64,000 nt of DNA from Tepidiformaceae bacterium. Lineage in GTDB: Bacteria; Chloroflexota; Dehalococcoidia; Tepidiformales; Tepidiformaceae. Both the position numbers and the translations under genes were made by a program. The DNA is taken from the NCBI GenBank assembly GCA_051003295.1, contig JBPCLM010000135.1, forward strand, positions 1,053-65,052. The letters run 5' to 3'. Positions 48,620 to 57,148 of this stretch are shown piece after piece; position 1 is the first letter of the stretch, and the number at the start of each line of letters is the position of its first letter. Below the pieces are notes generated by a model that had not been told where the DNA came from, searched no databases, and saw only the letters and a list, made by a program, of their open reading frames with translations.

Positions 48620-48998
48620 CAGCTCGGTTTGGATCGACCTGCTGCGCGGCCGCGCCACCGCGCAAGTCGCGGCGCTTAGAGATGGCTTGGAGACCGCATC
48701 CATCGCGATGGGAGACCTGATCGCGATGGAAATCCTGCGTGGGTTGCGTCAGGATACCGGCTCGCGAATCCGCAGCCGGCTGTTGCTGCTCGAAATGCAC
48801 GAAATGGGCGGCCTCTCCGTCTGCCTTGGCGCCGCTGAGTTCTACCGCCTCCTGCGCGGTCGCGGCATCACCGTCCGCTCCACCATCGATTGTCTCATCG
48901 CCACCTACTGCATCCAGGGAGGCCACACCCTCCTCCACTCCGACCGCGACTTCGACCCCTTCGAACAACACCTCGGCCTCCAGGTCCTCCACCTGTAA
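48609..48998 (+). CDS. vapC: type II toxin VapC (PIN domain ribonuclease)
   Basis: MLADSSVWIDLL (first acidic residue) and DCLIATYCI...HSDRDF. Confidence 0.85.
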   Translation: MLADSSVWIDLLRGRATAQVAALRDGLETASIAMGDLIAMEILRGLRQDTGSRIRSRLLLLEMHEMGGLSVCLGAAEFYRLLRGRGITVRSTIDCLIATYCIQGGHTLLHSDRDFDPFEQHLGLQVLHL

Positions 48999-49102
48999 CC
49001 CCCGGGGCCTCACCGTCGCCATGCCCTTGCCCCTCCTCGCTGCGCCCCGGCCGGAGTGTCCTGCCGAACGTGCGCACCCGCAGCGATGGCGCCGAACCCC
49101 TG

Positions 49103-49837
49103 CTACGAACCTGGCCGCGCGTCCTCGCCCACGGCCGTCCCCTTCCACCCGGACGCGACCACCGCATACGGGACTCGTCCGGCCACGCGCACCGTGCCGA
49201 GCGCGCTCACGTTCACACTTTCGAATCCGGCCGCGCGAAACATGTCGCCAACTGGCTCGACGCTGGTCAGCGCCATGATCGGCAGTTCGAGGCGCACGTT
49301 CTTCGTGTAATGCTGTTCGAACAGGCCGGGCGCATCCTCTCCCTCGGCCTCGGCCGCGCTCTCGCCGGAGAACCACAAGCCATCGACCGCGATAGCGCGA
49401 CCCCCTGCGCGCAGCAGGCGACCCCAGTTCTCGAACGCCTTCGTAGGCTCCCGCAGGGTCCAGAGAAGGTGGCGGCTCACGACTGCGTCGAAGCTCGCAT
49501 CCGCGAAGGGCGGCGCCACCGCGTCCCCCTCCCGGAAATCCACGTCCACGCCCTGGCTCCGGGCTGCGGAGCGCGCCGCCCCGAGCATGCCTTCAGCCAG
49601 GTCGATGCCGGTCACGCGGTGGCCGAGCCCGGCCGCGATGCGTGCCGCGAAGCCCGTCCCGGTCCCGACATCGAGGACATCGGCGGGGGCGGGCGGTAAC
49701 AGCGTGCGCAGGGCCTCTACCCAGGCGGCGAACTCTTCGCTGCCCTCCGTGGCTACGTTGTCCTTGTGCGCCTCGTAGTCCAGTGCCGTCGTGCTCCAGA
49801 AGCGCGAGATTGGGGCCTGCGCGGACCTTTCGTCCAT
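49103..49837 (-). CDS. class I SAM-dependent methyltransferase
   Basis: ATG at 49837 after GGAGGGGA. VLDVGTGTGF motif I. Confidence 0.8.
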   Translation of the reverse strand: MDERSAQAPISRFWSTTALDYEAHKDNVATEGSEEFAAWVEALRTLLPPAPADVLDVGTGTGFAARIAAGLGHRVTGIDLAEGMLGAARSAARSQGVDVDFREGDAVAPPFADASFDAVVSRHLLWTLREPTKAFENWGRLLRAGGRAIAVDGLWFSGESAAEAEGEDAPGLFEQHYTKNVRLELPIMALTSVEPVGDMFRAAGFESVNVSALGTVRVAGRVPYAVVASGWKGTAVGEDARPGS

Positions 49838-49944
49838 AGGTTCCCCTCCGGGATCGCCGCGATGGGCCCAGAGTAGCCCCGCCGCCCCCGCGGACGCTAG
49901 CGAGCGAGCCCGCTTACCCATCTTCTGGGCACCCTGGTCGTTCG

Positions 49945-49979
49945 CGCGAGAAGAAGGGGCCGGTGTTTTTCACCGGCCC
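49945..49979 (-). terminator. intrinsic terminator of dnaK
   Basis: GGGCCGGTG-aaaaa-CACCGGCCC on the minus strand, followed by cttcttctc. Confidence 0.6.
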
Positions 49980-49997
49980 TGCCTATCCGGGGAGGTA

Positions 49998-51884
49998 CTA
50001 CACCTCCCGGAATTCGCCCTCCACGGTGCCTTCCTCGGCCGCGCCCTCCGGCGCTTCCCCATTGCCCTCCGGCGCCGCCCCTTGCTGGCCGTATACCGCC
50101 TCGCCGATGCGCTGCATCGACTGGCTCAACTCCTCCAGCGCCGCCCGGATCTGCTCCGTGTCTTCGGTCTCGTTGGCGTCGCGTACCGCCTTCACCTTCT
50201 CTTCGACATCCGTCTTGAGCGCCGCCTCGATCTTGTCCGCGTTCTCGCGCAGCGTCTTCTCCGCCTGGTAGGCGGTGCTGTCCGCCATGTTGCGCATCTC
50301 GATGAGTTCGCGCCGCTTGCTGTCTTCATCCGCGTGCAATTCGGCTTCGCGCTGCATGCGGTCGATCTCGTCCTTACTCAGCCCGCTCGATGCCTGGATC
50401 GTGATTTTCTGCTCGCGGCCCGTGCCCTTGTCCTTCGCCGACACGTTCACGATGCCGTTCGCGTCGATATCGAACGCCACTTCGATCTGTGGCAGCCCGC
50501 GTGGCGCCGGAAGCAGCCCATCGAGGATGAAACGGCCCAGCGGCTTGTTGTCCGTCGCCATCGGCCGTTCGCCCTGGAGGACGCTTATCTCCACGCTCGG
50601 CTGGTTGTCCGCCGCCGTGCTGAACACCTGGCTCTTCGATGTCGGGATGGTCGTGTTGCGCGGGATGATCGCCGTCGCCACGCCGCCCAGCGTCTCGATC
50701 CCGAGCGTCAGCGGCGTCACATCGAGCAGCAGCACGTCCTTGACGTCGCCCTTGAGCACGCCCGCCTGGATGGCAGCGCCGATAGCCACCACTTCGTCCG
50801 GGTTCACGCCCTTGTGCGGCTCTTTCCCGAAGAAGTCGGCCACCAGTTTCTGCACGGATGGCATGCGCGTCTGGCCGCCCACGAGCACGATTTCGTCTAC
50901 GTCGCCCGGCTTCTTCGTCGCGTCGTCGAGCGCCTTCTTCACGGGCTCGAGCGTGCCCGTGAGCAGGTCGCCCACCAGCTGCTCCAGCTTCGAACGGCTC
51001 AGCGTCACGTTCAGGTGCTTCGGTCCGGTTGCGTCCGCCGTGATGAACGGCAGGTTCACGTCCGTCTGCTGTGCGCTCGAAAGCTCGATCTTCGCCTTCT
51101 CCGCTTCCGCCTTGAGGCGCTGCAACGCCTGCCGGTCCTGCCGCAGGTCGATCCCCTCGGCCTTCTTGAATTCGTCGATCAGCCAGCCGATCACGCGCTG
51201 GTCGAAGTCATCGCCCCCGAGGTGCGTGTCGCCGTTCGTGCTCAGCACTTCGAACGTGCCTTCGCCCAGCTCGAGGATCGAAATGTCGAACGTCCCCCCG
51301 CCGAGGTCGTAGACGGCGATCAGCTCGTCCGCCTTCTTGTCCAGCCCGTACGCCAGCGCAGCCGCCGTGGGCTCGTTGATGATGCGCAGCACATCGAGCC
51401 CGGCGATGCGCCCCGCGTCCTTCGTTGCCTGGCGCTGGGCGTCGTTGAAGTACGCCGGCACCGTGATCACCGCTTCCGTTACCGGCTCCCCGAGGTACGC
51501 CTCCGCATCCGCCTTGAGCTTCTGCAGGATCATCGCGCTCACTTCGGGGGGGCTCAGCTGCTTGTCGCCCATCTTCACCTGCACGTCGCCGTTCTTGGCC
51601 GCGCTGACGCCATAGGGCATCAGTTTCACGTCGCGCTGCACCTCCGGGTCCTTCAGCTTGCGCCCCATGAAGCGCTTGATGCTGAACACCGTATTGTCCG
51701 GGTTCGTCACCGCCTGGCGCTTCGCCACCTGGCCCACGAGGCGCTCGCCGCCCTTCGTGATTGCCACCACCGAAGGTGTCGTGCGCGCCCCTTCGGCGTT
51801 GGGGATGACGACCGGCTCGCCGCCTTCCATCACCGCCATGCACGAATTCGTCGTCCCAAGGTCGATCCCGATTACCTTTGCCAT
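49998..51884 (-). CDS. dnaK: molecular chaperone DnaK (Hsp70)
   Basis: [14 protein letters not shown] and [11 protein letters not shown] at 51884 after GAAGGAG. 628 aa. Confidence 0.98.
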   Translation of the reverse strand: MAKVIGIDLGTTNSCMAVMEGGEPVVIPNAEGARTTPSVVAITKGGERLVGQVAKRQAVTNPDNTVFSIKRFMGRKLKDPEVQRDVKLMPYGVSAAKNGDVQVKMGDKQLSPPEVSAMILQKLKADAEAYLGEPVTEAVITVPAYFNDAQRQATKDAGRIAGLDVLRIINEPTAAALAYGLDKKADELIAVYDLGGGTFDISILELGEGTFEVLSTNGDTHLGGDDFDQRVIGWLIDEFKKAEGIDLRQDRQALQRLKAEAEKAKIELSSAQQTDVNLPFITADATGPKHLNVTLSRSKLEQLVGDLLTGTLEPVKKALDDATKKPGDVDEIVLVGGQTRMPSVQKLVADFFGKEPHKGVNPDEVVAIGAAIQAGVLKGDVKDVLLLDVTPLTLGIETLGGVATAIIPRNTTIPTSKSQVFSTAADNQPSVEISVLQGERPMATDNKPLGRFILDGLLPAPRGLPQIEVAFDIDANGIVNVSAKDKGTGREQKITIQASSGLSKDEIDRMQREAELHADEDSKRRELIEMRNMADSTAYQAEKTLRENADKIEAALKTDVEEKVKAVRDANETEDTEQIRAALEELSQSMQRIGEAVYGQQGAAPEGNGEAPEGAAEEGTVEGEFREV

Positions 51885-51910
51885 TTGTAGCTCCTTCGTC
51901 GCTGCTATTA

Positions 51911-51931
51911 GCTGTTGGCCATTGGCCCCCA
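51911..51931. repeat. heptanucleotide units GCTGTTG/GCCATTG (reverse complement of the CAACGGC family)
   Basis: gctgttg gccattg gccccca, inverted relative to the array at 51989. Confidence 0.55.
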
Positions 51932-51988
51932 GCCTCGATTCGTTGATTGGTTCTAATTTCCTGTGTACTGCTCTCCCGGAATGGTCTT

Positions 51989-52016
51989 GCCAACGGCCAA
52001 CAGCCAACGGCCAACG
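51989..52016. repeat. heptanucleotide tandem array, GCCAACG family, 4 units
   Basis: gccaacg gccaaca gccaacg gccaacg, abutting the grpE stop codon. Confidence 0.8.
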
Positions 52017-52017
52017 G

Positions 52018-52608
52018 CTATTCCCCCGCGCCCACGATCACCATCGCCGGACGGACCACCCGCTCCCCGAGCTGGTACCCCTTTTGCACCACGTGCAGCA
52101 CCTTGTTGTCCTCGCCCGGCTGCCGCCCGACCGCTTCGTGCAGCGCAGGGTCGAATGGTTCGCCCGCGGCGGCGATCTCTCGCACCTGCATCGCTTCCAT
52201 CAGCTGCGCGAACTTGCGCTGGATGGCGACGATGCCCTGCACCCAGTTCAGGCCCGCCAGGTTCGCGTCCACGGTCGCCACCGCCCGGTCCAGGTCGTCG
52301 AAGATGGGCAGCAGGTTGATGACGAGCGCCGCTTGCGCCAGGCGCGCCGTTTCGCCGCGCTCCATCTCCACGCGCCGCTTGTAATTGATGAAGTCAGCCG
52401 CGCTGCGCTGCCAGTTCTTGTAGTTCGTCTCCGCCCGCGCAAGCGCCTCTGCGAGCTCGCTCGCGCCGCCCGCCGCCGCCTGCTCCGCCGCCGGAGCCGG
52501 CTGCGCTTCGCCGCCCGCCTCGCGCGCGTGGTCGACCGGTGGCCCGCCTTCATCGGTCATGCGCGATGCCGCTCGCTTGTCCAGGATGCGATCTTCGTTC
52601 GCTGTCAT
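52018..52608 (-). CDS. grpE: nucleotide exchange factor GrpE
   Basis: ATG at 52608 after [23 protein letters not shown] and FDPALHEAV motifs. Confidence 0.92.
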   Translation of the reverse strand: MTANEDRILDKRAASRMTDEGGPPVDHAREAGGEAQPAPAAEQAAAGGASELAEALARAETNYKNWQRSAADFINYKRRVEMERGETARLAQAALVINLLPIFDDLDRAVATVDANLAGLNWVQGIVAIQRKFAQLMEAMQVREIAAAGEPFDPALHEAVGRQPGEDNKVLHVVQKGYQLGERVVRPAMVIVGAGE

Positions 52609-52698
52609 AGAGCCTCCACTGTACTTCCCGCTCCATTCCATCCGTGCCGCCGCCACCCGCCGGCGCCGTTGCAGTCAACCTTCACAAACGCGGCCACG

Positions 52699-53733
52699 CT
52701 ATTCGGCCTCGCCCCGGTACTTTCGCAGCAGTTCCGTCAGCACGTCCGCCACGTAGCGCACGTGCGCGACGCTATCGCCGTATGCCATGCGCGTCGGCCC
52801 CAGCACGCCCAGCATGCCGCCCGCGCCGCCCTTCGCCCCGTAGCGCGCGAGCACGAAGCTCATGTCCTTGTACGGCCCCTCGGTGTTCTCGTCGCCGATC
52901 ACGATCGCCACGTCCCCTTCTTCCACAGCACCCGCGGGGATGGCGCGTGTCAACCGCCGTTCGTCCACCGCTTCGAGCATGTCGAGCATGCGGTCGCTAT
53001 CGCCGAACTCCGGCTGGCGCAGCATTTCGCGCACGCCTTCGACCACGGGCGCTTCCGCCACCGCCGCCTGTTCGCGCAGCAACACCTCCGCCACCGCCGC
53101 CACAACGATGCTTTCGACCGCGCCCTGCGGCTCCGGGCCTTCCTTCACGGGCAGGTCCGCCGCCATCTTGCCCGCGAAGTCGGCGTTCAGCCGCGCCGCG
53201 ATGCGCCCCAGTTGCTCCTGGTTCGCCGCCACCGGGAACTCCAGCGTCTGCTGGTGCACGGATGTGTCCGAAGTCACGACCACGAGCAGCGCGCGGTTGT
53301 CCGCCAGCTCCACCAGTTGCAGTTGCTTGAGACGCACTTCGCGCACGCGCGGCTGCGTCACGAGGGCCACGTTGTGCAGCGAATTCGCGAGCACGCTCGC
53401 CGCCAGCCCCACCCATTCCTCCATCTGCCGCGTGCTCTGGTGGAACTGGTGCAGGATGGCGATCTCCTCCTGCCGCGAAAGGCCCCGCTCGGGCATCAGC
53501 GAGCTCACGTAGTAGCGATAGCCGCGGTGCGAAGGGATGCGCCCCGCGGATGTGTGCGGGTGCGTGATCATGCCCTCGTCTTCGAGCGCCGCCATTTCGT
53601 TGCGCACGGTCGCGCTGGAAAGCCCGAGGGCATGGCGTGCCACCAGCGCCTGCGATCCCACCGGCGCCGCGCTGTCCACGTAGTCATCCACAATAAAAGC
53701 GAGGATTCGCGCCCTACGCTCTGACAACGACAT
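52699..53733 (-). CDS. hrcA: heat-inducible transcription repressor HrcA
   Basis: ATG at 53733 after [29 protein letters not shown]... and ATVRNEMAALEDEGMITHPHTSAGRIP. Confidence 0.93.
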   Translation of the reverse strand: MSLSERRARILAFIVDDYVDSAAPVGSQALVARHALGLSSATVRNEMAALEDEGMITHPHTSAGRIPSHRGYRYYVSSLMPERGLSRQEEIAILHQFHQSTRQMEEWVGLAASVLANSLHNVALVTQPRVREVRLKQLQLVELADNRALLVVVTSDTSVHQQTLEFPVAANQEQLGRIAARLNADFAGKMAADLPVKEGPEPQGAVESIVVAAVAEVLLREQAAVAEAPVVEGVREMLRQPEFGDSDRMLDMLEAVDERRLTRAIPAGAVEEGDVAIVIGDENTEGPYKDMSFVLARYGAKGGAGGMLGVLGPTRMAYGDSVAHVRYVADVLTELLRKYRGEAE

Positions 53734-53750
53734 TATCAACCCCTCCCGCC

Positions 53751-53780
53751 ATTCTAGCACTCAGCCCCCGAGAGTGCCAG
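53751..53780 (-). promoter_or_regulatory. CIRCE-like operator (CTGGCACTC-N9-GAGTGCTAG) overlapping the candidate hrcA promoter (-10 TAGAAT)
   Basis: 3 mismatches to the CIRCE consensus. The -10 starts with the last 3 nt of the right arm, exactly as at groEL. Confidence 0.75.
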
Positions 53781-53913
53781 AGGGGCGGGAGCAGCGTTCG
53801 CATCGGCGCGCTTCGTGAGCACGCCAGTTTGGATGTATCCTGGGCGGCGGCGCGGAGCATCGCAGTACCGAAGCTCCAGTTGAGACAGCGATAAACAGCC
53901 TCTGGAGGGGTCA

Positions 53914-55680
53914 TTGGCAGGGAGCAACGAGCCAACCACGATCAACGACCTGCTGAAGCGAGACGTGATTCTCGAGGCGCCCGTCTTCCAGCGCAGATTC
54001 GCTTGGCAGGAAAAACAACTGGCTGACTTCTGGGAAGACTTCAACGGTGCGCGCGACCATGACTCCGACACGGTCTTCTTGGGCGCGGTGATACTACGCC
54101 CGGAGTCACCCAGTACGGCTAGCACGGCAGAGCGCTGGCTGATTATCGATGGGCAGCAGCGCCTGACCGCGCTCTCGCTCCTCGTCGCCGCGATCTGTCT
54201 GGAAGCGATTGCAACGCAAGGAACCGGTGACACCGCTACGCAGGAGTTTGTAACCAACCAAGTGCGACGCTATCTGCTTCCACAGTCGCATGGGAATCTC
54301 AAAAACCTTGAAACGAAGGTGATGGTGACGACTCCGGATCTTGATGACTACCGGGCAGCGATTGGCTTGGTGGGAATCGACGAAGTGCTGCCCCTTAAAC
54401 GGAAAGCAAACATGAATTCCAAGATACATCGAGCCCTCGAATTTCATCGCGAACAGGTTAAGGATCGCGTCGGCGCGGCAGCGAAACTGGAAAACTACAC
54501 CGCCCTTCTGGAGGAGTTGGTTTCGAAGGTGGAGCTGATCGAGATCCATCTTGCCGAGCGCCACGACCCGAACGAAGTATTCAACCGGCTGAACACCAAG
54601 GGCGCGGAGCTGACGTTGGGGGACCTGGTCCGGAATGAGGCCTTCGGCCGCTTCTCGACCGATCGGGAGGGAGCGAATCGGGCCTTTCAATCCCATTGGA
54701 GGCAGTTCGAGGATCGCTTCCCGACAGATGATAGCCGCGAAGCATACTACTGGCCCTTTACACTCGCGGCCGAGCCCACTGCGACGAAAGGCAAGGCGTT
54801 CTCCCTCTTGAGGAAGCGGTGGCTTGGATTGAGCGACGCTCAGAAGGGCGAAGACGCCGAAGCCGCTATCAAGCTCATCGTGGAAGACTTGGGGCGGTAC
54901 GTCGATGCGTTCTGCCTCCTTCACGACGGGCGCAGATTCGAAGGCCTGACTGGTCAGGTTACGGGGGCTGCGCTCCGCTTGCAGCGGATGAAGCTTCCGT
55001 CGGTCACCTATTCATTTCTGCTACAGGTGTTGGATGCGGCGAGGACAAAGGATCTCGCCTCAGGGGATGCGGCGACCACCCTCGGCATCGTAGAATCATT
55101 CCTCGTTCGCCGTGCTTTGATTGGGCTCGAACCAACGGGCCTGCATGCTGTGTTCAAGCGGCTGTGGGGAAAGTCTCGGGGCCAGCCGGGAGCAGTCAGA
55201 ACCGGCCTTGTGACCTCGACGATCGCGTTTCCCAGTGACGATGACATCCTCAGAGAGCTGCCAACGGTGAACATGTACAGGCGCCGTCTCGCGCCCTACA
55301 TTCTCGGCGAGTATGAGCGCGCCCACACGAAAGGCGATCCCCTGTCAGAAGATCAATTGACCAAGTTCACCATTGATCACGCGGCGCCCCAGTCCTTTGA
55401 GTCGCGATGGATCCGTGAGTACGGCCTGGTCAGGGATGCAATCTCTGCGTTGCTGAACTCGTGGGGGAATCTCGTGCCGCTTTCCGCCATTGCAAACTCA
55501 ACGAAAGGCGCGTCTGACTGGGTAGAAGCGCGCGGTACACTCGGCAACGAAACGGTCTATAAGACGACCAAAGACCTCTTAGATGACTATGCGGACTGGA
55601 CGCCTAGGGAGATCCGGGCGCGAACGAATCACCTGACAGAGTGGGCCATTTCCCGGTGGCCGGATTATTCGGCATCGTAA
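53914..55680 (+). CDS. DUF262 + DUF1524 (GmrSD-like) nuclease, putative type IV restriction/defence protein
   Basis: IIDGQQRLTAL (DGQQR at 54148-54162). C-terminal FTIDHAAPQS...WGNLVPLSAIANSTKG (His-Me finger-like). TTG start after GGAGGGG. Visibly lower GC. Confidence 0.85.
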   Translation: MAGSNEPTTINDLLKRDVILEAPVFQRRFAWQEKQLADFWEDFNGARDHDSDTVFLGAVILRPESPSTASTAERWLIIDGQQRLTALSLLVAAICLEAIATQGTGDTATQEFVTNQVRRYLLPQSHGNLKNLETKVMVTTPDLDDYRAAIGLVGIDEVLPLKRKANMNSKIHRALEFHREQVKDRVGAAAKLENYTALLEELVSKVELIEIHLAERHDPNEVFNRLNTKGAELTLGDLVRNEAFGRFSTDREGANRAFQSHWRQFEDRFPTDDSREAYYWPFTLAAEPTATKGKAFSLLRKRWLGLSDAQKGEDAEAAIKLIVEDLGRYVDAFCLLHDGRRFEGLTGQVTGAALRLQRMKLPSVTYSFLLQVLDAARTKDLASGDAATTLGIVESFLVRRALIGLEPTGLHAVFKRLWGKSRGQPGAVRTGLVTSTIAFPSDDDILRELPTVNMYRRRLAPYILGEYERAHTKGDPLSEDQLTKFTIDHAAPQSFESRWIREYGLVRDAISALLNSWGNLVPLSAIANSTKGASDWVEARGTLGNETVYKTTKDLLDDYADWTPREIRARTNHLTEWAISRWPDYSAS

Positions 55681-55841
55681 CCTTCTGGCCTGTGTCCGGC
55701 GTTGGCGACAACGGGCACCGCCGCCTGATGAATGCCACTTCCCTTGCCAGATCCCATGCTGCATATGCGACCATGCCCTCGCCGACACTCCGGTCACCTC
55801 TCCGGTAGCGCTCGGCGAACTCTCGGGGGAGCTCGGAGAAG

Positions 55842-56471
55842 TCAAGTCTCGCCGGTTTCGCCGATATAGTTCAGAAGCCACTCGCGCTCCTCAGTCGCGA
55901 GCCGCTTGTCGAACGGCAGATGTGGGCACCAGCCCCGGAACAGCCGAAGCTCGCCAGCGATGTCGTTCCCCCAGAAATGGACGAGCCCCTCGGTGAGAGA
56001 CCGATCGCCTTGGACATACCGATCAACGAATCCCGCCACCGCTGCCTCCGCCCCGGCGCAGTGTCCACAGTGCTGCCAATGGCCCCGACATCGGGCACAC
56101 CACCTGTCCCTCCGGGCGTGGTCCCAATCGCCGTTGGGGCCGAATGCCCTGTGCGTGTTGTCTGCCATCAAGCGCGCTTCCGCAGGTGTCATCGTCGCGA
56201 GGTAGCGGAGGTTCACGTCCGTGACGACGGCCTGCCCGCAAACGTCGGGCAAGCGGTCGTGGCGGCGGCCGCCGTGGTCGATTCTGCACCCGCCGACATA
56301 CCGTTCTTCGGAGATCGCGTCGAGGCTGGACCACTCGCACTCCCAATTTGGACAGCCGTCGTCTTCGAAATGCCCGCATCCGTTCCGCTCTAGCGCGCAG
56401 AACACATCCTCGCTCCCGGCGTGTGATGGCCAAGGTATACTGCGCCGCATGGCATCAGGGCAAGCCCTCAT
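55842..56471 (-). CDS. Cys/His-rich hypothetical protein, unknown family
   Basis: Coding-like frame with 11 Cys (CGHFEDDGCPNWEC and WCARCRGHWQHCGHC). The start is ambiguous: TTG 56483, ATG 56471 or ATG 56450. Confidence 0.6.
   Translation of the reverse strand: MRACPDAMRRSIPWPSHAGSEDVFCALERNGCGHFEDDGCPNWECEWSSLDAISEERYVGGCRIDHGGRRHDRLPDVCGQAVVTDVNLRYLATMTPAEARLMADNTHRAFGPNGDWDHARRDRWCARCRGHWQHCGHCAGAEAAVAGFVDRYVQGDRSLTEGLVHFWGNDIAGELRLFRGWCPHLPFDKRLATEEREWLLNYIGETGET
56436..56441 (+). promoter_or_regulatory. candidate -10 (TATACT) of a leaderless transcript
   Basis: TATACT, then 7 nt, then the ATG at 56449. Lies inside the 5' end of the divergent Cys-rich ORF. Confidence 0.4.
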
Positions 56472-56703
56472 CGACCTCTGCAAGCGCCACGTCGTCGAGA
56501 CGTTGGAGTCTCTGCCTGAGTGCGCCCCGACCGGCCCCGGCCTCGGCCAGAAGGCAATCGAAGACGCCGCCGGTTTCGCCCTCGCCCTCCCCGAGTACGA
56601 CGGCTACTTCACGTGGTCGCTCCTTGTCGCGCTCACAATCGATGGCAAAGTCGAGGCGACCCAGCCCGGCAAGCGCAACAAGAAGTACCGGCTCGCCCTC
56701 TAG
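56449..56703 (+). CDS. hypothetical small protein (84 aa), possibly winged-helix-like
   Basis: ATG at 56449. High GC3. Ends with a basic tail (KRNKKYRLAL). Confidence 0.55.
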   Translation: MASGQALIDLCKRHVVETLESLPECAPTGPGLGQKAIEDAAGFALALPEYDGYFTWSLLVALTIDGKVEATQPGKRNKKYRLAL

Positions 56704-56880
56704 CCCCTCCCCTTCGGCGTGCTCGGCGGGACGTTCGACCCGCCGGATAGCGGGCACCTCGCGCTGGCCGAGTGCGCGCGCGTGCAGTTCGCGCTCGGAC
56801 GCGTGCTCTTCGTGCCCGCGGGCGACCCCTGGCGCAAGACGGGGTCAGGCCCGGGGCCCGAGGCCCGGGGTCCGGGCCCA
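56704..56880 (+). pseudogene. truncated, degenerate copy of the nadD 5' region
   Basis: About 93% identical by eye to 57158-57334. Lacks the start codon. HSGH is changed to DSGH (gat at 56746-56748). Diverges after the heptamer array. Confidence 0.75.
56845..56879. repeat. heptanucleotide tandem array, CSRGGCC family, 5 units
   Basis: tcaggcc cggggcc cgaggcc cggggtc cgggccc. Confidence 0.75.
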
Positions 56881-56894
56881 CCGGGCGGCTGTGC

Positions 56895-56900
56895 TAATCT
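56895..56900 (+). promoter_or_regulatory. candidate extended -10 (TGcTAATCT) of a leaderless transcript
   Basis: TAATCT, then 6 nt, then the ATG at 56907. Confidence 0.45.
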
Positions 56901-56906
56901 TGGTGC

Positions 56907-57122
56907 ATGTCATCGTCCGTCGTATCGCCCGCTGAGGCCTCGGCTGACTTGCCTGCACTGCTCGCCCGTGTCGAACGAGGGGAGGAGATCGTGATTGCGC
57001 GCGATGGCGCGCCTGTCGCCCGCATCGTGCCAGCGGGATCCTCCGGCCGCCCTCCGCGGCCCTTCGGCACCGCCATCGGGCTTATCGAACTGCTGCCCGG
57101 TTGGGACGACGACCCCTCCTAA
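56907..57122 (+). CDS. Phd/YefM-type type II antitoxin, no cognate toxin adjacent
   Basis: [39 protein letters not shown] is a typical Phd/YefM N-terminal fold sequence. The next gene is nadD. Confidence 0.8.
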   Translation: MSSSVVSPAEASADLPALLARVERGEEIVIARDGAPVARIVPAGSSGRPPRPFGTAIGLIELLPGWDDDPS

Positions 57123-57136
57123 CACCCCCACCCCCG

Positions 57137-57142
57137 TACACT
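57137..57142 (+). promoter_or_regulatory. candidate -10 (TACACT) of a leaderless nadD transcript
   Basis: TACACT, then 6 nt, then the ATG at 57149. Confidence 0.45.
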
Positions 57143-57148
57143 GCCCCC

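Noticed and set aside
55579-55881. 100-aa minus-strand ORF, and another frame reading DFSELPREFAERYRRGDRSVGEGMVAYAAWDLAREVAFIRRR, between the GmrSD-like and Cys-rich genes.
   Set aside because: The listed ORF is Arg/Ser junk overlapping the 3' end of the GmrSD-like gene. The protein-like frame has no start codon before an internal ATG, which leaves 54 codons. It may be a gene remnant but is not supportable.
56719-56994. 91-aa ORF starting [14 protein letters not shown].
   Set aside because: It is the degenerate duplicate of the nadD 5' end read through into unrelated sequence, so it is annotated as a pseudogene fragment rather than a gene.
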